From NCBI GenBank assembly GCA_029821265.1, contig JALGTR010000001.1, positions 1-46,530 on the forward strand: DNA of 46,530 nucleotides, in the 5' to 3' direction. Shown in pieces: positions 26,987 to 34,134 of the stretch. Made by a program: the position numbers and the translations under genes. Source of the DNA: Candidatus Zipacnadia bacterium. GTDB lineage: Bacteria > Armatimonadota > Zipacnadia > Zipacnadales > UBA5352. Position 1 is the stretch's first letter; each line of letters starts with the position of its first letter. The notes under the pieces are model-generated. The model worked only from the letters and a program-made list of their open reading frames with translations, was not told the origin of the DNA and ran no database searches.

Positions 26987-28732
26987 TCACCCTGCGATCT
27001 GAACACTGGCCTCGGCGGCAGTGAGCGTGAAGAAGAATGTTGTGCCCTCCCCCGGCTCCGATTCGACCCAGATCCGACCGCCATGACGCTCGACGATCTT
27101 CCTGCAGATCGCCAACCCGATTCCAGTCCCCGGGTACCGGTCCTGGCTGTGAAGCCGCTGGAAAATCGCGAAAACCCGCTCTACCTGCTCGGCCGGGATG
27201 CCGATTCCGTTGTCGCTGACCGAGATGAGGTAGTGGCCGTTCTGGCGGACCGACCTGATCTCGACGAGAGGAGCGTCATCCCCGCGAAACTTGATCGCGT
27301 TGCTGATCAGATTCTGTAGAAGCTGTACCATCTGCGAGCGGTCGGCGACAACCGTGGGGAGCTTTTCGGCGCGAATCTCCGCCCCGGACTCCTCGATCGC
27401 GGTGCGCAGGTTGGCCTCAACCTCCTGCATGACCTCATCGAGGTCGGTCGGAGCCATCTCGCCGCCGCGGCTGTCAAGGCGAGAGTAGCGGAGCAGATCC
27501 TCAACCATGCGCTGCATCCGCCTGGCACCGCTGAGCGCGAAATCGAGGAACTCCTGCGCGTCATCCTCGAGCCGGTCGCCGTATCGGCGCCGCAGAAGCT
27601 CCACATAGCTCTGAACCATTCGCAGCGGCTCCTGCAGGTCGTGGGAGACCACGTAGGCGAACTGCTCCAGTTCCCGGTTCGACCGGGCAAGCTCGCGCAG
27701 AGTCTCGCGCAGCTCGCGTTCGGCGTTCTTGCGCTCGGTGATGTCCTGGAAGACGACCACAGCGCCGACCAGCTCGCCGGCCTCGCGCAGCGGCGTGCTG
27801 GTGTACTCCACCGGGAAGAAATCCCCGCTGCGGCGCCAGAAGACCTCATCGCTGACGTGATAGACGTCGTCGTCGCGAAACGCGGCGTAGATCAGCGATT
27901 GCTCCTCCGGATGAAGGCTGCCATCGGCGCGCGTGTGCTGCACGAGATCATGGGCACGCCGCCCGCCAAGCTCATCGGGCTCGAAACCGAGCATCGTGCC
28001 GGCGGCGGGATTGGCGAATGTGATGCGGCCACTGAGATCCACGCCGAATATCCCCTCGCCGGCCCATGTGAGGATGAGCTGACTGAGGCGCCGCAGACGC
28101 TCCAGCTCCTCGCGAGCAGCCTCCTCCTCGGTGATGGGGCGGAAGACGATGACGGTCCCGCGTCGTTCACCGTCATCGGTGATCGGCATGGCGGAGTAGT
28201 GGACGCGCACCGCCTCGCCATCGCGGGTCCAGAAGGCCTCATCGGTGACGCGGACGTGGGTCCTCGACTCCGTGGCGAGCCGCATGGGACATTCATCGGG
28301 ACTGAGCCTGGTGCCGTCGGCCCTCGAGTGGTGAAAGAGCTCGTGCGCGTTCCTCCCGAGCATCTCCTCGGGGTCGTACCCGAGTGCCTCGGCGGCAGCT
28401 TTGTTCACAAACGTCAGGTTCCCTTGCAGATCGGTCCCGTAGATGCCCTCATGCGCGGACTCAAGGATCAGCTCCAGGCGATGCTGGACGCGGCGCAGAT
28501 TCTCCTCGGCCCGGCGCTGTCGGCGCATCGATGACGCCACGAGCCAGCCGAACACGCCAAGGGCTGCCAGGATCAGGCTGCGCAGGTAGAGCCGATGTGT
28601 CGGCACATCCGTCAGGATGGCGCCCGCCAGGTCGTCAGTGGGCGTGAAGCGCCAGAGGAAGAGACCGTCGATGGCCCAGATACAGATGCCGAGGAAAAAC
28701 GCATAGACGATGATCTTCGTCTCGGTGCTCAC
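26987..28732 (-). CDS. Membrane-anchored sensor histidine kinase with two PAS domains
   Basis: GTG 28732 lies 6 nt after GGAGG. There are two N-terminal TM helices and two PAS units (EGIYGTDLQGNLTFVNKAA..., EGIFGVDLSGRITFANPAA...). HisKA H-box is FAYVVSHDLQEPLR. HATPase motifs are NLISNAIKF, DNGIGI and GTGIGLAICRKIV. Confidence 0.88.
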   Translation of the reverse strand: MSTETKIIVYAFFLGICIWAIDGLFLWRFTPTDDLAGAILTDVPTHRLYLRSLILAALGVFGWLVASSMRRQRRAEENLRRVQHRLELILESAHEGIYGTDLQGNLTFVNKAAAEALGYDPEEMLGRNAHELFHHSRADGTRLSPDECPMRLATESRTHVRVTDEAFWTRDGEAVRVHYSAMPITDDGERRGTVIVFRPITEEEAAREELERLRRLSQLILTWAGEGIFGVDLSGRITFANPAAGTMLGFEPDELGGRRAHDLVQHTRADGSLHPEEQSLIYAAFRDDDVYHVSDEVFWRRSGDFFPVEYTSTPLREAGELVGAVVVFQDITERKNAERELRETLRELARSNRELEQFAYVVSHDLQEPLRMVQSYVELLRRRYGDRLEDDAQEFLDFALSGARRMQRMVEDLLRYSRLDSRGGEMAPTDLDEVMQEVEANLRTAIEESGAEIRAEKLPTVVADRSQMVQLLQNLISNAIKFRGDDAPLVEIRSVRQNGHYLISVSDNGIGIPAEQVERVFAIFQRLHSQDRYPGTGIGLAICRKIVERHGGRIWVESEPGEGTTFFFTLTAAEASVQIAG

Positions 28733-28802
28733 GGTCCGCCTCCGGTGCAGTGCTGTTGCGGTGTACCCCCTCTCTGAACCGACGCCAACGCAGAACACTC
28801 GA

Positions 28803-28831
28803 ATAATAACAGAGTGTGGCAATGTGATCAA
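28803..28831 (-). promoter_or_regulatory. Sigma70-like promoter for the kinase / REC-ATPase / membrane-protein unit
   Basis: On the minus strand: TTGATC (28831-28826), a 17-nt spacer, then TATTAT (28808-28803). This is an unusually AT-rich patch in a GC-rich intergenic region, ~70 nt upstream of GTG 28732. Confidence 0.4.
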
Positions 28832-28955
28832 CCATCGCGCGACCGCCATGCGTGACGTTCACTCCCACTCGCTGCGATCCGTGGCCGAGTGTGCGCGCTC
28901 GGGGCCCCGAGCGGCGCCGGTTCCGCCTATCATGTCGACGCGATGGGCTCGACCA

Positions 28956-29813
28956 TTAGCGTGAGTTTTCGCCCCGATCGCGCAGAATCGGGGGCGGATC
29001 CAGACCATCGGGCGTGTCGGTGGGCAGGTCGCCGCCCCTGGAGATGTGATCCAGGAGCGTCTCGAGCGCGTGGGTCTCGCAGCTCTTTAGTTCGGCCAGC
29101 GTCACCCGATGTCCGGCGGCGGGCGGGATGTTCCGCGCCACGAGCAGACAGGTGCGCGCGGTGGTGGAATCTTCGCGGAATGTCGCTCGCGGCAGGGCCA
29201 CGACCGCCTGCACGGTCACGCGCTCGAGCAGCCACTCCCGGACGTATCGCCAGCGCTGGTTGGCGAATATGCCCTCGGGCAGAACGACCGCGATCCATCC
29301 GCCGGGAGCGCAGAGCTGCACGAAGCGCTCGATGAAGAGCACCTCGGTGGGGAACCGCGCCAGGCGGCGCATCTCAGCGAGCGTCGGTTCGCGCCGCTCC
29401 CGCGGTGCCGACGCGCCCCGGTGCAGGTGATAGCAGCGGCCGAGGGCCCTTAATGCCTCGGTTCCGTCGCATCTGAGGTCGGCGCCGAATGGCGGGTTGC
29501 CGACGACCACATCGAAGGCGCCCTCGCTGCCGGTGATGTCCGTCAATCCGTCGGCGACGCACAGCAGCGCTCCGTCCGCCAACAGGCCTGATTCGACCCA
29601 GCGGGAGATCATCTCCGGGTCGCAGTCGAGGCCCACGGCGAACTCCGCGCCCCGCTTGAGGGAAGCTCGCAGCCACGCGCCCGGGCCACAGGCCGGATCG
29701 ATGACGCGAGCCCCGGCGAGCTCGCCCCCGAACAGACCGATCAGGTCGAGAGCCAGCTCGACGATGGCGGGTGGGGTGAAGTACTGCCCCAGGGCCGGAG
29801 CGTCGCCGTTCAC
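28956..29813 (-). CDS. SAM-dependent N6-adenine methyltransferase core (HsdM/N6_Mtase-like, gamma-class order), orphan
   Basis: Has GQYFTPPAIV, motif I VIDPACGPGAWL and motif IV VVGNPPFG, plus a LCAPGGWIAVVLPEGIF block. It is only ~285 aa with no obvious target-recognition domain. GTG 29813 overlaps the sulfatase stop (GGTGA). The ORF-track start at 29855 is an alternative. Confidence 0.7.
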   Translation of the reverse strand: MNGDAPALGQYFTPPAIVELALDLIGLFGGELAGARVIDPACGPGAWLRASLKRGAEFAVGLDCDPEMISRWVESGLLADGALLCVADGLTDITGSEGAFDVVVGNPPFGADLRCDGTEALRALGRCYHLHRGASAPRERREPTLAEMRRLARFPTEVLFIERFVQLCAPGGWIAVVLPEGIFANQRWRYVREWLLERVTVQAVVALPRATFREDSTTARTCLLVARNIPPAAGHRVTLAELKSCETHALETLLDHISRGGDLPTDTPDGLDPPPILRDRGENSR

Positions 29814-31210
29814 CGCCCCTCCAGCTCCAGGAAGTCGCCGGTCTCCCGCATCCACCGGTCGAGCCGCCAGCGCAGATCGGCCTCAACGTCAGCGTACTCG
29901 GGCTGCCCGGCCACATTCACCAGCTCGTCCGCATCGGCGGCGCGATCGAAGAGCAGCGGGGCGTCAGGATCTTCGGCGAACCAGGTGTATTTGTACCGCT
30001 CCGAGACCGCTGTGCGGAAGTGATAGCCGCCGCGGATGTAGCCGTTGAACTCCACGAATGTGGCCTCCCGGGCGGTCGCCGACGGATCCTCCAGCACCGG
30101 CGAGAGGCTCTCGCCCTGCGCGTTCTCGAGGGGTTCCAGCCCCAGCCGATCGAGCACCGTTGGCGCGAGGTCCACGTGTGACGCCGGCTGTGTGCGCAGG
30201 CCGGGCGCGATCCCCGGTCCGCGCATCATGCAAGCCAGTCGGCAGGCCCGGTCGTAGGGGACGCCCTTCTGGTAGAGCCCGAGCGCGCCGAGCATCTCCC
30301 CGTGGTCGGAGGTCATGATCACCAGGGTCTCATCGGCCCGGCCGGACTCCTCGAGGGCGTCCAGCACAACACCGTGGCAGGCGTCGGCGAAGGAGACGAA
30401 GCCGAGGTAGGCGGCGATGCCGCGCGCCCACTGCTCCCACTCCCAGTGGCTCACGGCCTGTGCCCCGGCGGCGTCCCTGATCGCCTCGGGCAGCCCGGAC
30501 AGGTCGCACCCGAAGCCGGGCGGAGGAGCGATCTCGTCGGGATCGAACATGCTCAGATACGGCTCGGGCACCAGGAGGGGAGGATGCGGCGAGCCAAGCG
30601 AGCACCAGGCGGCAAAGGGCTGGTCTGCGGGGGTCTCTCGGATATGCTGCGCGATCGCGCGGGCGCGCTGCATATCGGGGTGCTCCTCGACCGGCCGCGT
30701 CCACTCCGCCGGGACAGGAATCGAGAACGTCCAGTCGTGGAAGCCGTCATCCGTGCGGGTCCGAACCGCGCCACGTTGCTGACCGGCAACGCCTCCCTGC
30801 TGGACCATCATCTCCTCATGTTCGCCATAGGGGAAGCCGGCGGGGTTGAAGTGTGCGTATTCCTCGGACCGATCATCGCTGGCGGGGCGATTGATGTGCC
30901 AGACGCCCTCATAGCCGACGCGCCATCCGCCGTCGTGGAGGCGATCGATCAGCATCTCCTCACCCTCGTTGACGGTGTCGTAGCTCTCGCCGAAGGATAT
31001 CGCACCATGTGCGTGGGGCCACCGGCCGGTCATCATCGACGGCCGTGTGGGGACGCACAGCGGGGTGGCGCAGTAGAAGTGGTCGAAGACAGCGCTCTCG
31101 CCGGCCAGGCGGCTGAAGTTCGGTGTCGGCGATGGTCCACCATAGGCCTCAACGGTGTCGCGCTGGAGCTGATCGCACAGCAGGACGAGCAGGTTGGTCG
31201 CTGAGCTCAT
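29810..31210 (-). CDS. Cys-type (formylglycine) sulfatase, no signal peptide
   Basis: Start is MSSATNLLVLLCDQL at ATG 31210, with AGGAG 8 nt upstream. Sulfatase signature is TPLCVPTRPSMMTGR (CxPxR). Has the SDHGEMLG block. The N-terminus is not signal-like. Confidence 0.9.
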   Translation of the reverse strand: MSSATNLLVLLCDQLQRDTVEAYGGPSPTPNFSRLAGESAVFDHFYCATPLCVPTRPSMMTGRWPHAHGAISFGESYDTVNEGEEMLIDRLHDGGWRVGYEGVWHINRPASDDRSEEYAHFNPAGFPYGEHEEMMVQQGGVAGQQRGAVRTRTDDGFHDWTFSIPVPAEWTRPVEEHPDMQRARAIAQHIRETPADQPFAAWCSLGSPHPPLLVPEPYLSMFDPDEIAPPPGFGCDLSGLPEAIRDAAGAQAVSHWEWEQWARGIAAYLGFVSFADACHGVVLDALEESGRADETLVIMTSDHGEMLGALGLYQKGVPYDRACRLACMMRGPGIAPGLRTQPASHVDLAPTVLDRLGLEPLENAQGESLSPVLEDPSATAREATFVEFNGYIRGGYHFRTAVSERYKYTWFAEDPDAPLLFDRAADADELVNVAGQPEYADVEADLRWRLDRWMRETGDFLELEGR

Positions 31211-31415
31211 CGGTGGCACTCCTGTTGGAGACGCGTCGAAAGAGTTCGATCGGCGCAGATGGCCTCGGAGGAGGCGCTGTAGCACCCTCGTTGATCGCTG
31301 TGCACCGTCGTTTCGTCGATGGGTCCGTCGCCTCCTGCACGCCACTGCAGGAAAGACGCGTTGGACGACGAAGGCGGGCGCAAGCGGCGAGGATCTGGCA
31401 CGAGGAGAGATCGCG

Positions 31416-32450
31416 ATGGCTTTCACTCTCGGCGTGTACATAGAGGACCATCCCCACACTGTCGGCCACGTGCGCGATGTCGAGGAGCTTGCGAGCATCG
31501 AACACGTCCTGATGGCCGGATCGGAGCGCGCGGCGCAGATTGCTGCACGGATGCACAAGGCCGACTTCGTGGGCGGATGGGCCGAGCTGATCGCCCGCGA
31601 GGGGCTGGACGCTGTGGTGGTGTTGACGAATAACCGCGACGCGGGACGCATGACGCTTCAGGCGCTGGAGCGTGGGCTCTACGTCTACGGGGAGAAGCCC
31701 GGGGCCCGGACCGTCGAGGAGATGGAGGCGATCACAGAGGCCGCCCGGTCCAACAACGCGCACTTCACGCCCTGCTACGTGCGTCGGACGTTCTCGGAGA
31801 CGCACGAGATCAGGCGCCTGCTGGATGAGGGCGCGGTCGGCCGGCTGTGGTCATTCCAGGCGAACTGGATCACGTCCCAGGCGGAACTGCGGGGAGCCGA
31901 CCACTGGCTGTTCGACGGCGAGCGCGCGGGAGCGGGAATACTCTACTGGCTGTGCTGCCACTGGATCGATCACCTGCGCTTCGTCACCGGCGAGCGCATC
32001 GTCTCGGTGGGCGGGATGACCGGGACGATGGATGAGCGGATCTCCGTGGAGGATGTGGCCTGTGTCTGCGCTCGCCTGGAGGGCGGAGCCATCGGGACCC
32101 TCCGGTGCGGCTATCTTCTGAACCCGTACGAGCCATACGATGACTACCAGCTGATGACTGCATTCGAGGGCTCACACGGGGCGCTGTCGTACTTCCCACA
32201 CGGTCGGACCACGCTGCGCCTGCGGACGCGGGCCGCGGGCCTGACCGTCGGCTCGGAGCTGCGCGAGATCACGATCGAGGAGGAGCGGCCGGGAGGCTAC
32301 GCAGGAGCGCTGCTGTCCGACTTTGTGGAGGCGGCGCGCAAGCGCGTCCCGCCAATGGTCACGGCCGAGGATGCGCTCTACGTGATGCGCGTCATCGAGG
32401 CCGTCCTCAAGGCATCTCGCACGGGCAGCGAGCAGCAGGTTGAGAGCTGA
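31416..32450 (+). CDS. Gfo/Idh/MocA-family oxidoreductase (atypical N-terminal nucleotide-binding motif)
   Basis: Start is MAFTLGVY at ATG 31416, after GAGGAGAGA. The EKP motif is present (YVYGEKPGA) and the C-terminal alpha/beta domain is family-typical. The usual GxGxxG position reads VYIEDHPH. Confidence 0.82.
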   Translation: MAFTLGVYIEDHPHTVGHVRDVEELASIEHVLMAGSERAAQIAARMHKADFVGGWAELIAREGLDAVVVLTNNRDAGRMTLQALERGLYVYGEKPGARTVEEMEAITEAARSNNAHFTPCYVRRTFSETHEIRRLLDEGAVGRLWSFQANWITSQAELRGADHWLFDGERAGAGILYWLCCHWIDHLRFVTGERIVSVGGMTGTMDERISVEDVACVCARLEGGAIGTLRCGYLLNPYEPYDDYQLMTAFEGSHGALSYFPHGRTTLRLRTRAAGLTVGSELREITIEEERPGGYAGALLSDFVEAARKRVPPMVTAEDALYVMRVIEAVLKASRTGSEQQVES

Positions 32451-32460
32451 GCCCGCTGGA

Positions 32461-33699
32461 TCAGGGGCGGCGCCGCAGCTTCCACGCCAGTCCCGCGATG
32501 CCGACGACGAAGAGCGCGGTGGTCGCCGGTTCGGGGATGGGCTCCTGCCACGGTTCGTAGTAGTCTATCGCCGCTCCGGCATCGAGCAGTCCCCAGCCGT
32601 AGAGGCTGTCATAGCCCGGATCGCCGAGATCCAGGCCGGTGGCGTGGAGGGCGGCGCGGAAATCGAGGTAGCTCGCGTCCGGGTAGACTGTGCGGTACAG
32701 GCCGGCGAAGCCCGACACCAGTGGTGCCGAGAATGATGTCCCCTGCACCTGCGTGTAGGTATCCTGGCCGAGGTAGACGTCAAGGCCCCAGCTTCGCCAT
32801 GTGGCCCATGAGTACATCTCCATCAGACCGGTGGTGAGGGTCCACTCGCCGGGGGCCATGATGTCGAGCACATCGTCATCGCCGGTGACCGCCGAGTAGC
32901 AGGAGTGGTTGCCGTCCCAGTCGACCGAGCCGACGGAGATCGTCTCGGGCATACTCGCGGGGAAATCGAGGCCGACATACTGGTCTCCGGAGTTGCCGGC
33001 GGCTGCGACAACGATTGAGCCGCGTTCTGTCGCGTAGACGATCGCGTCGCGAACCTCGAGGGCCTCGAGATAGTCGGCGTAGCCCTCCTCGCCGGGCTGA
33101 GGGGGATTCTCCAAGTCGACGAGGCCGAAGCTGAAGCTCATGTTGATGATGTCGGCGCCGTTTTCAGCCGCGTAGCGGATTGCGTCTGCGGCGTCGAGGC
33201 CCCATCCCCATCCCTCGGGGTTGATGACGCGGACCGGCATCAGACTGCAGCCCCAGGCCATCCCCGCCATGGCAACACCGTTGTTGGTGACGGTCCCGAT
33301 CATGCCCGCGACGTTGGTTCCGTGGTTCACGCCGTTGTCGGCCATGTTCCAGGGGTCATTGTCGTCGTTGGCTGTGTTCCCGATGGCCGGGTCGATGGTG
33401 TCGAGACGCTCCAGCCAGACCGGGTCGTCCCACCATGAATCGTTTGGCGGAGGCTGTCCCCACGAGTCATCCCACCACGCGGGATCCCAAACGTTCGGGT
33501 TGCTGTCCTCGGCCGTGACGAGATCGTTGGCCGGGTCACCGATGTTCGATCCTACGAAGTCCCACCCGTGCACGTCATCTATGTACCCGTTGCCGTCGTT
33601 GTCGATGCCATCACCGGGGACCTCGCCGGCGTTCTGCCAGACCAGCCCGTCGATGTCCTCGTGGAAGAACGACAGCCCGGAGTCGATGACAGCGATCAC
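32461..33699 (-). CDS. S8 (subtilisin-like) serine peptidase with C-terminal PEP-CTERM sorting signal; 5' end unresolved
   Basis: Catalytic triad motifs are VIAVIDSG (Asp), NHGTNVAGMIG (His) and GTSFSAPLVSG (Ser). The C-terminus is IPEPATTALFVVGIAGLAWKLRRRP. 33699 is only the first GTG in the frame. Peptidase-like sequence (QTPNDPFY...ARDAWETTHGSSDT) continues upstream to ~33950 without any ATG, GTG or TTG. Confidence 0.8.
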   Translation of the reverse strand: MIAVIDSGLSFFHEDIDGLVWQNAGEVPGDGIDNDGNGYIDDVHGWDFVGSNIGDPANDLVTAEDSNPNVWDPAWWDDSWGQPPPNDSWWDDPVWLERLDTIDPAIGNTANDDNDPWNMADNGVNHGTNVAGMIGTVTNNGVAMAGMAWGCSLMPVRVINPEGWGWGLDAADAIRYAAENGADIINMSFSFGLVDLENPPQPGEEGYADYLEALEVRDAIVYATERGSIVVAAAGNSGDQYVGLDFPASMPETISVGSVDWDGNHSCYSAVTGDDDVLDIMAPGEWTLTTGLMEMYSWATWRSWGLDVYLGQDTYTQVQGTSFSAPLVSGFAGLYRTVYPDASYLDFRAALHATGLDLGDPGYDSLYGWGLLDAGAAIDYYEPWQEPIPEPATTALFVVGIAGLAWKLRRRP

Positions 33700-34134
33700 G
33701 GTGTCGGAGCTGCCGTGGGTGGTCTCCCACGCGTCCCTGGCGTTTGTATCGAAGAGATAGTATTGCTCGTAGCCAGTCTCGGGGTCCGGGTCATCCTCAG
33801 GGCGGTAGAAGGGGTCGTTCGGCGTCTGCAGGGCAAAACAGCGCAGATGTGGGTCGGCGCCATCGATCCCCGGAATGCCGCGAAGTCGCGCGGCGAAATC
33901 GTCCGCCGAGAGCCCGCGGGGAACCGAGACGGAGAGCCATCCCTCATGCTCGCAGTGCGGACAGCATACCCCATAAGCCCGGTTGAGAAGCGCGCCGGAG
34001 GCTATCTTGAGAGCATCTTGAGCGTATGGCCACCGTCTGTGCGCACTCTGCCGCTGACGGGCCCGGCAGAAACAGCGCGACGCGCCACAGATGGGGCGCG
34101 CCGCAACGCAGGGCTCGATATCCAGCGAGATCGG

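Noticed and set aside
28896-28913. Perfect 18-nt palindrome CGCTCGGGGCCCCGAGCG downstream of the methyltransferase gene, considered as a terminator or operator
   Set aside because: No U-tract follows on either strand and there is no second copy in the window. A GC palindrome of this size is not compelling by itself.
28956-29813. Methyltransferase as part of a restriction-modification or other defence island
   Set aside because: The window contains no endonuclease, specificity subunit, helicase/nuclease, toxin-antitoxin, Cas, or integrase/transposase genes. The flanks are metabolic and signalling genes with the same composition.
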